A DNA stretch of 64,000 nucleotides from Nitrososphaeria archaeon (lineage in GTDB: Archaea; Thermoproteota; Nitrososphaeria; Nitrososphaerales; JAAOZN01), in contig JARVJZ010000005.1 in NCBI GenBank assembly GCA_029775855.1, positions 1 to 64,000 of the forward strand, in the 5' to 3' direction. A program made the position numbers and the translations under genes. A model generated the notes under the pieces. That model saw only the letters and a program-made list of their open reading frames with translations, did no database searches and had not been told where the DNA came from. Below, piece by piece: positions 9,042-17,784 of this stretch. Position 1 is the first letter of the stretch. The number at the start of each line of letters is the position of its first letter.

Positions 9042-10358
9042 GTGTTGGCTTCGCTAACCTTCTACGGTGGGGTTGGTGAGATAGGTGGCAACTGTATCCT
9101 GGTAGAGGATAGGGATGCGAGAATACTTTTAGACTTCGGTGTGCCCTTCGCCTCGAGAAGCAGATACTATTCACCACCTTATCTGAGCCCAAGGAGCATA
9201 AACGCCCTATTGAAACTAAACCTCCTACCTAATATTGAGGGTGCATATGAATCTGATAAAATGGGTAGAAGCATAGACGCCGCTGTGCTAACACACGCAC
9301 ACATGGATCACGTTGGCTACATAGGCTTCTTGAAGGATAGTATACCGATCTACTGCGGGGAAGCAGCTGCTACTATACTCAACTACCTATCTGAAGTAAC
9401 TCATCCAACGATAGAGTTCAGCGTCGAAGGAAAGAAGATAAACAGATTTAGAACTGGGCAGAGGCTGAAGATAGGCTCTGTAACCTTAGAGCCGATCCAC
9501 GTCGACCACTCGATCCCAGGGGCATACGGCATCATAGTATACACATCAGAAGGCGCGGTGGTCTACACAGGAGATTTAAGGAGGCATGGGCCGCTATGGC
9601 GTATGACTGATGACTTCGTGGAGAGAGTAGCTGCTTGTGAGCCTGAGGTGTTTATCTGCGAGGCTACCAATATGCTCGGCGCAACCGTCTCGTCAGAGGA
9701 GGAGGTTTTGAATAAGCTAAATACGATAGTCAAGGAGAGCAGCGGGCTAATAATAGCGGACTTCTCTAAAACGGATGTAGATCGTCTGCGCTCCTTCTAC
9801 ACCGTGGCTGAGAAATGTGGCCGAACCCTAACTATAAATTTGAAGCAGGCTAGGCTTCTGTGGCATCTGCAGAAGGATCCAGGCATCAGACTTACGGATC
9901 TGGGGAAGGTTGCTGTATATAGGAAGCGTAAGAAGAGGTATGAGCGTTGGGAGCAGGATGTTTTGAACTCTATGAATTGTGTGGATTCTGAAGAGGTAGC
10001 TAGGAGGCAGCGTGAACTCATCTTAGTCTCGTCATTCTACGATTTTGAAGAGTTTATCGACGTTGAACCCGAGGCTGGGAGCTGCTTCATACTCTCAGCT
10101 TCTGAGCCATTCAACGAGGAGATGGAGATCGACTTCGAGAGACTCAGCAACTGGCTGAACCACTTAGGCCTACCACATTACCACATACACGTTTCAGGGC
10201 ACATTATGCCCACGCAACTCAGAGAAGTGGTTAAGAAGGTTGGCGCCAAGAAGATCTACCCAATCCACACAGAGCACCCACACCTATTCTCAAAGTATGT
10301 AGCAGATGTATGTGAGCAAACCATACCTCCTGAAAAAGGGGTTAAATACAGCGTATAG
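9042..10358 (+). CDS. Metallo-beta-lactamase / beta-CASP nuclease (RNase J-like)
   Basis: GGVGEIGGNC, LDFG, THAHMDH, VDHS, YTGD, HVSGH, PIHTEH. Confidence 0.85.
   Translation: MLASLTFYGGVGEIGGNCILVEDRDARILLDFGVPFASRSRYYSPPYLSPRSINALLKLNLLPNIEGAYESDKMGRSIDAAVLTHAHMDHVGYIGFLKDSIPIYCGEAAATILNYLSEVTHPTIEFSVEGKKINRFRTGQRLKIGSVTLEPIHVDHSIPGAYGIIVYTSEGAVVYTGDLRRHGPLWRMTDDFVERVAACEPEVFICEATNMLGATVSSEEEVLNKLNTIVKESSGLIIADFSKTDVDRLRSFYTVAEKCGRTLTINLKQARLLWHLQKDPGIRLTDLGKVAVYRKRKKRYERWEQDVLNSMNCVDSEEVARRQRELILVSSFYDFEEFIDVEPEAGSCFILSASEPFNEEMEIDFERLSNWLNHLGLPHYHIHVSGHIMPTQLREVVKKVGAKKIYPIHTEHPHLFSKYVADVCEQTIPPEKGVKYSV
10035..10349 (+). repeat. Copy 1 of a ~315-bp diverged inverted repeat (3' end of the beta-CASP gene); partner 14191-14503
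   Basis: Aligned by eye to the reverse complement of 14191-14503. Confidence 0.9.
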
Positions 10359-10486
10359 CGTCGAAGAACACACTACTTACTGCTGAGCACATATTGCTGG
10401 CAGCGTATGTGGTAAATGTAGCGCAGAACACATCCTACTTAATCAAACCACCCGGTTCTGTTGAATCTGATGAACTTATAAGCAGA

Positions 10487-10693
10487 TCACTTTAACGCTA
10501 GCTTCTCTGCTGCACGACATTTTAGGCAGGCTTCTCTTCTTGCTCGTATGTAGAATTGAAGGCCGACTTCAACCTTGTTTTTATTGCAAGTATCGCAGTA
10601 GCCTGATATTCGTCTGAGGGGCCAGCGGGCGAGAAGGTTATCGACAACATTCTTGAAGAGTTTTATGGTATCGGTGGTATTCAAAGACTTCAT
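10487..10693 (-). pseudogene. 5' fragment of a paralog/xenolog of the radical SAM gene at 17785..19293
   Basis: TTDTIKLFKNVVDN.LARW.LRRIS.YC.TC..N..EV.LQ.YI..R..ACLKCRAAEK shared with the N-terminus of the 502-aa protein; stops after 68 aa. Confidence 0.9.
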
Positions 10694-10775
10694 TTTTAGT
10701 TTATTCTCTATTAATGCCTAAAAGCAGAGTGTAGTCTATGATTAAACGTTTAAATAACGGCATTAGACAACTAAT

Positions 10776-13397
10776 TTGTTGGTTAGAGACAGTAGTAGAG
10801 CTACAGTTAAGTTTACTTCTGTGCTTTCAATTGTTATATTGGTTGCTTCTGCACTTCTGTCCCTCCCGATACTCTACGCTTCCACAGCACCGCCAATAGA
10901 CATTCAAGCACCCGATGTGAACTACTTTTGGCAGCCTTTCAAGATCGAAATAATCATAAATGACCCAGTAATCAGACAACATACAAACTTGATCTGGTTG
11001 TTTTATTTTAATGTTGAAGGAGCGGAAATTAGCGGTGCGCACCTTCTGTCTGGAGCCTCTGACATTTTTAACTATGATGCTGCATATCTCAAGTATGAAG
11101 GAGCAAGCAAGGTCACTATCTTTTTTCCAACCGGTTACGCAATTGCTGTTAGCGAGCCTACAACGAAGCGCGTAAGTGCATACTTTAGGTGGATTGATTT
11201 CGTTGGTAACTATGGAAAGGATGAGGCTCCAGAAATCTGGACCTATAAGGTTCCGAAGGAAGATGGGACAGTAGACTACTACAAATTCCGCCATGAGATT
11301 GGATACGCTTCTAGAACATTCACTATAATTCCAGTAGGATTTGAATATACACTCCCTCAGCGCTCAGATTGGAAAACTGAATATATTTACGTTAGTGATC
11401 CATGGGGCGGAGAATTTGATTTCAAATGGTCAAAAGGTTATGATGCTGAATATTATTATTTCGAAGTAGGCTCTAGAAGTATAAACCAAAGCTACATTGA
11501 TGAGATAGTCGCTGAGAAAGCTAAGGGAGCCAGGGAGCAGAAGGTGCTTTTCGGGCAACTCTCAGTTTCTACAACAGCAGCAGATTCGGACATTCTCAGC
11601 TACTTTGGCGCAACATATGGTTTAAAGTTGGTAGAACAGTATGTCTGGGGCTACGTTAATCGCACAGAAGATGTTGTTGGCGCTGATAGATCTGTAACTC
11701 ATTATGTTTATGTTCAGCCACGTGTGCGCCTTGAAGTCGATATATACGCATACAAGAATGCGAGACTCGTATATATTCACTATGAACGCTATTTTACGAC
11801 ATCTGACATGTTTAAGATGACTTCCGAGGAGTATAGGAAGTGGAGAGATACTACAACTGTTCCTTCTGATATTTGGGAGGCTGGTAAACAAGCTATGGAT
11901 AAGCTTTGGGGTGAGGCGAAAGACGTTATCAAGAGCTTTAGGGTTAAGCCGAAGCAGGTTGAAGTAAAGCCAGCCTCCACAGAAGTGAAAATCAACGATA
12001 AAGTCTATAACCAACTCGCTGAGAAGACAACAACCACCACATCGACTACAGAAACAACAACTAAAACTGAGGTTAAGCCTCTTAAATATACGCTTTCTCT
12101 GCAGAGGTCAAGCAGAACCGTTTATAATAATGGTGTTTTCAACACAGGCACAACAAGGGATTCGAACTTCAACGTGTTGGTGAATGTTAGGGCTGAAGGT
12201 GGAGAACCCAACATCGACCCCTATAAACTAGTGTATGTCGTAGGGCGAATCCTAGAAGGAGAGAATGCGCCTATAGGCTTTCACATAGAAGGCTCATCGA
12301 CCTTAAGAGCAACACTTAGGGTTAGACCTGAGTCTGGTTTGGCTGAGTTCCAAGTTATGACCAAAGGACCATTTGGACCGAACAAAGGCTTAGCATTCAA
12401 TCCAATTCAAAAGATAGAGTTTGAGGCGGTTAACGCAACCACAGGAGCGTCAGTCTCGAACAAAGTAATATATACGGTAAACCTACTAGAAGCGGCACCA
12501 ACCATACTCATCAGCCCAAGTCAAGCAGAGCAAGTCCAACAAGGCGCTGAAAGAGCATTCAAACTCAAAGTATTAGATCCAGACAACAAAGATAACCCTA
12601 TCAAAGTTAGGCTCTCAGTAAACATAGGGTTGATAAAGAGTCAAGGAGGCGACTGGTCAACCAGCCTTTATCTAACTCTTAAGCCGGGAGAGGAGGTTAT
12701 AATAGGCTATAAGGCGCCTGAAGTAGGAAACTTTGACCTACCAGCAGAGATCGATGGGCTCTCAATGTGGAGCATACAGAAAGATACCACCTTAACTCCG
12801 TTAGTAAAGGATGCGATAAGCCTAGGACTGGAGTCTAAACTCAATAAAGCTGAACAATCTTTGAAAAGCTCCCAAACAATCTTCAACCTAAAAAGATACT
12901 TTGGCGAGAAAGGTGTTGGAGACGCGTATGCAGCCCTCAAAGCAGCCAACAAAACCTACTCAAACTGGAAGAAGGTCTCCAATGTTTGGAATGGCATTCA
13001 ATTCATCGACAGCCAAACCGGCACATACACTTCGGCAAGTTCAGACCTACCCGAAGGGTGGATGCAGGCTGCACATACACAGGGTAAAACGACCCTAGAG
13101 AAGGTCTCAGACTGGGGGGTCTTCGGAATAAATATTGTTCAAACAGCTGTAGGTGTGGTTACGACAGTTACTGATAAGATTCCTATTGTAGGTCAGGTTA
13201 CTGGTAAATTTAACTTAGTATTCAATGTTGCAACGAACGTCTGGAAGGGTGTCTTAACCTACTTAGGTAAAGTTGAGAAGATAAACCGAGCTGAAGAGAG
13301 GTTCATACCCATCTTGGTAAAGATATCTGCTTTCGACGACACGGGTTTCGAGGTTAGAGATGGGAAAATTTACTTGATAGCATACTTCTGGGTGTAA
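10776..13397 (+). CDS. Large secreted/surface protein of unknown function (873 aa)
   Basis: Long ORF, N-terminal hydrophobic signal, Tyr-rich beta region, Thr-rich linker, Ig-like segments, helical amphipathic C-terminal region; start codon uncertain. Confidence 0.75.
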   Translation: MLVRDSSRATVKFTSVLSIVILVASALLSLPILYASTAPPIDIQAPDVNYFWQPFKIEIIINDPVIRQHTNLIWLFYFNVEGAEISGAHLLSGASDIFNYDAAYLKYEGASKVTIFFPTGYAIAVSEPTTKRVSAYFRWIDFVGNYGKDEAPEIWTYKVPKEDGTVDYYKFRHEIGYASRTFTIIPVGFEYTLPQRSDWKTEYIYVSDPWGGEFDFKWSKGYDAEYYYFEVGSRSINQSYIDEIVAEKAKGAREQKVLFGQLSVSTTAADSDILSYFGATYGLKLVEQYVWGYVNRTEDVVGADRSVTHYVYVQPRVRLEVDIYAYKNARLVYIHYERYFTTSDMFKMTSEEYRKWRDTTTVPSDIWEAGKQAMDKLWGEAKDVIKSFRVKPKQVEVKPASTEVKINDKVYNQLAEKTTTTTSTTETTTKTEVKPLKYTLSLQRSSRTVYNNGVFNTGTTRDSNFNVLVNVRAEGGEPNIDPYKLVYVVGRILEGENAPIGFHIEGSSTLRATLRVRPESGLAEFQVMTKGPFGPNKGLAFNPIQKIEFEAVNATTGASVSNKVIYTVNLLEAAPTILISPSQAEQVQQGAERAFKLKVLDPDNKDNPIKVRLSVNIGLIKSQGGDWSTSLYLTLKPGEEVIIGYKAPEVGNFDLPAEIDGLSMWSIQKDTTLTPLVKDAISLGLESKLNKAEQSLKSSQTIFNLKRYFGEKGVGDAYAALKAANKTYSNWKKVSNVWNGIQFIDSQTGTYTSASSDLPEGWMQAAHTQGKTTLEKVSDWGVFGINIVQTAVGVVTTVTDKIPIVGQVTGKFNLVFNVATNVWKGVLTYLGKVEKINRAEERFIPILVKISAFDDTGFEVRDGKIYLIAYFWV

Positions 13398-13404
13398 AAG
13401 AGAT

Positions 13405-14142
13405 ATGACTAAGATTAACATTATAATGATAACAACGGTCCTTCTGCTGCTAACCCCCTTAGCTAACGCTGCGCAGACACCGGAGCAAGCATTGGTAAAC
13501 TACTATGAGGCATCTAAGGCTGGAGACGCAGAAGCCTTCTTCAAAGCAGTCGATTTAGACTATGTGCACAATAACATAGCTGAACCCGAAGACTACGAAA
13601 ACTTTGTCAAAGCAGCCCTAGCAGAATACGATCTAACCACCTATGCTCTACATAATCTGGCAATCAAAGAAGTTAAAGAAGCAAACATCGCAGTAGCCTT
13701 CTTTGATGTGTCAGCCAAGGTTGTGCCCGCTGAAACTGGAGGAACACTAGATATCTACAGGGAGATGGCGGCCCTACTGACATACACCAAAGGAGAGTGG
13801 AAGGTCGCCTTCGTAATAGATAGAAGACTATTTTGGACACAGCAAGAAGCAGCCATGACACTACTCACGCTAAACGAAACCTTAGATATAATGGAGGAGC
13901 AGATACAACGCGTTGGATCTGTGTATATAGTAGAAGAAACAACACAGACGCCGCAAACAACCACCGCACAAACAAAGACAACTACAACAACACAAGAGAC
14001 AAAACCACCGGAAACTCCACAGCTACCTGAGCTGCCAATATCAATACCGGACATAAGCTGGCTAGACCTAAGACTCATACTTCCACTTATTATACTCATA
14101 ATCATAATAGTGGCTGCGTCAAGAAGACGAAAAAGGAAGTAG
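13405..14142 (+). CDS. Membrane-anchored surface protein, putative NTF2-like domain
   Basis: Signal peptide (ANA/AQ), TPEQALVNYYEA..GD...GEWKV pattern, Thr/Pro linker, C-terminal TM plus RRRKRK. Confidence 0.75.
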   Translation: MTKINIIMITTVLLLLTPLANAAQTPEQALVNYYEASKAGDAEAFFKAVDLDYVHNNIAEPEDYENFVKAALAEYDLTTYALHNLAIKEVKEANIAVAFFDVSAKVVPAETGGTLDIYREMAALLTYTKGEWKVAFVIDRRLFWTQQEAAMTLLTLNETLDIMEEQIQRVGSVYIVEETTQTPQTTTAQTKTTTTTQETKPPETPQLPELPISIPDISWLDLRLILPLIILIIIIVAASRRRKRK

Positions 14143-14190
14143 AACAACATCCGCTTTGTTCTTTAGCTGAGTTGTTTGATTTTAAGTCTA

Positions 14191-14503
14191 GTATTTGACA
14201 CTTTTCAAGGAGGTATGGTTTGTTCACATATATCTGCTACATACTTTGCGAATAGGTTTGGTGTTCTATGTGGATTGGGTAGATCTTCTTAGCTTTACTC
14301 CCCTTTTTGCTGCTTCTCTGAGTTGCGTGGGCATAATGTGCCCTGAAACGTGGATGTGGTAATGTGGTAGGCAAGCGGTTCAGCCAGTTGCTCAGCCTTT
14401 CAAAGTCGATCTCCATCTCCTCGTTGAATGGCTCAGAAGCTGAGAGTATGAAGCAGCTTCCAGCCTCGGGTTCAACATCAATAAACTCTTCAAAATCGTA
14501 GAA
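14191..14503 (-). pseudogene. Frameshifted 3' fragment of a beta-CASP gene copy (inverted repeat partner of 10035-10349)
   Basis: 42 codons give protein identical to FYDFEE...NWLN of 9042..10358, followed by small indels. Confidence 0.9.
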
Positions 14504-14638
14504 GTTTAGTGAAACCCTTAACTTCACCGCTACCCCTTTGTACACTGCTAAGCATAGGAGGAAATGAGGAATTACAGTAGAGAGTTAAGAGGGATGAGTT
14601 GGAAGAAAGATTGGGTGTAGTGTAGATTTGATGGGAGC

Positions 14639-15394
14639 CTACTTTTCTTCTACTCTTGGTGCGAGGTAGAATCCGATTTTGCCGCCTTGTTCTCCTAGTT
14701 TGAACTCTAGTTTGAGTGGCATCTTTGTTGAATACTCTAGGGTCATGGGTTGGTTTGATGCTGCTGCTTTGGTTATGTTGAGTAGGTAGTCTATGCTGTA
14801 GGTTGCTTTGGATGGCTCGTTTAATGTGAGCTCGAGGACTTCTGGGCTTCTTCGGTCTAGTGTTGCTGAGGCTGAGCCTTGCTCGCTTCTACCTGCGAAG
14901 GAGACTTTATCTTTAGAGGCTTCTATGGTGATGTGGTCTGACACTACTGATATGTCGCTTAAGATCTGCTGGAAGGTTGATGATGTCATAAGCAGCTTGG
15001 CGTTAAAGGTTATCTTGGGTAGAGGTGTGGGTTGAGCTGTGGATTCGACTAGGTTTATGGTGAACTCTCTAGTGTAGGAGTTAGAGAACTTTATCGTTAA
15101 TCTACCCTCATCTGAAGAGGAGACCTCGACGCTATCCTTAGCGTCAGCCCTACCTAGAAGCTTAGAGAACTCAGCAACCCTAACCGTGAACCTAAACTGC
15201 TTATCACACTCATACCTTTCAAAAGCGGAGTTAGGCCAAAACAAGTCTATCAACGCAACGTGACTAGGATCCATAGCCCTAAACGAAATCCCTTCAGCAG
15301 AAGCCTCAAAAGTAGCCTCCTCAACCAACGTGGAAACAGCCTTAGCAACCGTCTTCCACTCAGCAGCCGAAGCAGACCTAGCCAAAAAACCCAA
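14639..15394 (-). CDS. pcn: DNA polymerase sliding clamp PCNA
   Basis: LVEEATF..EGISFRAMDPSHVALIDL, YSIDYL, MPLKLEF, FYLAPRVE; SD GGTGAG upstream. Confidence 0.97.
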   Translation of the reverse strand: MGFLARSASAAEWKTVAKAVSTLVEEATFEASAEGISFRAMDPSHVALIDLFWPNSAFERYECDKQFRFTVRVAEFSKLLGRADAKDSVEVSSSDEGRLTIKFSNSYTREFTINLVESTAQPTPLPKITFNAKLLMTSSTFQQILSDISVVSDHITIEASKDKVSFAGRSEQGSASATLDRRSPEVLELTLNEPSKATYSIDYLLNITKAAASNQPMTLEYSTKMPLKLEFKLGEQGGKIGFYLAPRVEEK

Positions 15395-15448
15395 TTAAAC
15401 TCACCTTCCACAGACTACAAACAAGGTTGCTAAAAGAGTTTTTCCCCG

Positions 15449-16522
15449 CTATGATGTATTGACCAAATCCAAAGCCTTCAAGTAGGCTTGATATGCCTCC
15501 TCCCTATCCCCATCTTCCCTAGGAGGGGAAACCTGAACAACCGCCGCCCCGCTTCTGAGAATATGAAACCTCAACCTAGGGCTGTGGTCAAACGAAACCG
15601 CCATCAGGCTCCTCTTAACATTTCGATATCCTTTAAGCGTAAGAGCGCTCTCTAATGAGTCAAGGTCTAAGACTCTTGTTTGACTTGGAGTTATGAAGAA
15701 TGTTCCACGCCCATCTCTGGCGCAAGACTCTTCAACCCAAACCTCAGATCTAGGCTCCTCAAGGCGCCGATTAGAGCCGCAAACCCCACAGACTTCAGAT
15801 CTAGATACTTCAATAAAGTCAAATGAAGGAGCAGATAGATCAGCGAAGAGGAGCTTCGACGCCAAATGTGGTTTCTTACCAGTAATGACTCTAACAGCTT
15901 CTGAAACCTGTATACTTGAGACTATGCTTAAGATAGAGGGGTGCACACCGACAACCGCACACTTATCTAAACTATCATCGCTCACAGATGGGTAAATGCA
16001 CTCTAAACAAGCTGTTTCATTTGGGATGATAGTCGTAGCGCTTCCCATAAGCTCAATAGCAGCACCAAACACATAGGGTATCTTCAAATCTACACATGCA
16101 CGATTCAGAACATACCGATACGAGATCCTATCTAACCCATCAACAACCACATCCACACCGTCAATCAAACGCTTAGCGTTCCAAGGCGTTAAAGCCTCAG
16201 GTATAGGCTCCACTTCCACATCTGGGTTAAGTGCCTTGAGTCTTCTATGAGCGGCTTCAACCTTCGGCAACCCAACATCTGAAGTTGTATAGAGGTATTG
16301 GCGGTGCAGATCAGTCTTAGAAACCGTATCCCTGTCAACAATCCTGAGATAACCCACACCTAATCCAGTGAGCTGTAGAGCGGTTGGGCAACCAAGCCCA
16401 CCCACTCCAATCAAACAGACCCTAGCATCCCTTATCTTGAGCTGCCCCTCTAAACCTATATCATAAAGTGAGATCTGCCTAGCGTAGCGCTCTATATCCA
16501 AATTGTCGGACAACTCCCACAA
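15449..16522 (-). CDS. ThiF/MoeB/UbaA family E1-like adenylyltransferase
   Basis: RYARQI, GVGGLG, VDRD.V..TDLHRQ, PKVEAA, CLEC and CGVC Zn motifs. Confidence 0.92.
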   Translation of the reverse strand: MWELSDNLDIERYARQISLYDIGLEGQLKIRDARVCLIGVGGLGCPTALQLTGLGVGYLRIVDRDTVSKTDLHRQYLYTTSDVGLPKVEAAHRRLKALNPDVEVEPIPEALTPWNAKRLIDGVDVVVDGLDRISYRYVLNRACVDLKIPYVFGAAIELMGSATTIIPNETACLECIYPSVSDDSLDKCAVVGVHPSILSIVSSIQVSEAVRVITGKKPHLASKLLFADLSAPSFDFIEVSRSEVCGVCGSNRRLEEPRSEVWVEESCARDGRGTFFITPSQTRVLDLDSLESALTLKGYRNVKRSLMAVSFDHSPRLRFHILRSGAAVVQVSPPREDGDREEAYQAYLKALDLVNTS

Positions 16523-16561
16523 TAATTATAGCAGACCTATTTAAAAAACGTAAACCACATA

Positions 16562-17575
16562 TTAATCCTCAGCCAACAGCCTAACTTTAGAAGCTATAGC
16601 TTCAGACCCGTCGGTGAACACAGGAGGTTCTGGCGTCTCGTCCAACACCTCCTTCACATACTTCAGCAGAACCTCTTCATCAACCCTATCAAGCGGTATA
16701 ACTCTATACCCAGATCTACCCTCAAACATTCTAGCGTTATCACGCTGTTCAAAATCACGCCCCAGAGGTGTAATGACCGCTCTCCTCTTAAACCGAGCCA
16801 CCTCTAAAAGTGTCGAATATCCACCTAAGGTCAATACCAATTTTGAAGACGCAAGGTAAGATAAGGGGTCAACTACAAAGTGAGGCTCAGGACCTAAGAT
16901 CTTATAATCAACTCCTAAACGCTTAAGAACTGGAACTGCCTTTTCCAGCAGCACATTACCAGCAGAAGTGCCGCCCAAATTGATTACAGCACCATCCCAA
17001 CCACCTACTTCAACCTCATAGTCGTGAGTGAATATCTGACCATAGAATTCGAAATCATCAGTTTTCAACCTAGGATCTAACCCAACATAGATCTTAAGAT
17101 CAAATTTGCGTAAAGCCTTAGCCAACTCTCTGTTAACGAACGGTAAAGCAAGATACTGTAATAGCGAAGCTTGAGGCTTAAACCTAACAAAATCAGTTAT
17201 AAACACAGATTTGCAGCCAATGCCATCAGAGGCAACAAAGTCCCAAGATTCGTCAGCAAGCACCACATCATATTCACTAAGGTTAACGGAACTCAAAATA
17301 GTCTCAGCGTTGCGTCTACCAGCATCAACTAACTTCACCAATCCACTGTAGCTCGGTTTAAGTACACCGTTTACAAAAAGTGCTTCAACATATCTCCCAA
17401 GATCCTCTCGAAGATAGGATGCTGGGTGAATTTCAACACCCTTAGCCTCCAAGTATCTAAGAGCCAAACCGCTTGTAAGCCATGTTATTCTAGCCCAAGT
17501 CATCCGCTTTGCTAAATAGAGGTCTCTTGTTATATGCCCTAAACCGACTTCTGACGATGCAAACAATATGCGCAA
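16562..17575 (-). CDS. GT-B glycosyltransferase, GT28/MurG-like
   Basis: GLGHITR, NLGGT, GGYSTLLE, P...FEQRDNA. Confidence 0.8.
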   Translation of the reverse strand: MRILFASSEVGLGHITRDLYLAKRMTWARITWLTSGLALRYLEAKGVEIHPASYLREDLGRYVEALFVNGVLKPSYSGLVKLVDAGRRNAETILSSVNLSEYDVVLADESWDFVASDGIGCKSVFITDFVRFKPQASLLQYLALPFVNRELAKALRKFDLKIYVGLDPRLKTDDFEFYGQIFTHDYEVEVGGWDGAVINLGGTSAGNVLLEKAVPVLKRLGVDYKILGPEPHFVVDPLSYLASSKLVLTLGGYSTLLEVARFKRRAVITPLGRDFEQRDNARMFEGRSGYRVIPLDRVDEEVLLKYVKEVLDETPEPPVFTDGSEAIASKVRLLAED

Positions 17576-17589
17576 TAAGCTGCCTCGGC

Positions 17590-17778
17590 TTACTTCTCCC
17601 TCGAAACTAGTACACCAGCTCTAGCGATGTTAGTGTCTGGTAGTTCGATTATCGCAACTACAACCTTCTCTTTTTGCGTGTTGAGTATTCTGCAGGTTGC
17701 CTCGGTTATTTCTTTTACGAGCTGAGCCTTCTGCTCCTCGCTCCTACCTTGTCTGATGTAAATGGTTATGATAGGCAT
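17590..17778 (-). CDS. 4-oxalocrotonate tautomerase family protein
   Basis: 62 aa, catalytic Pro1 (MPIITI), GRSEEQK..LVKEIT. Confidence 0.9.
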   Translation of the reverse strand: MPIITIYIRQGRSEEQKAQLVKEITEATCRILNTQKEKVVVAIIELPDTNIARAGVLVSREK

Positions 17779-17784
17779 ACTGCT

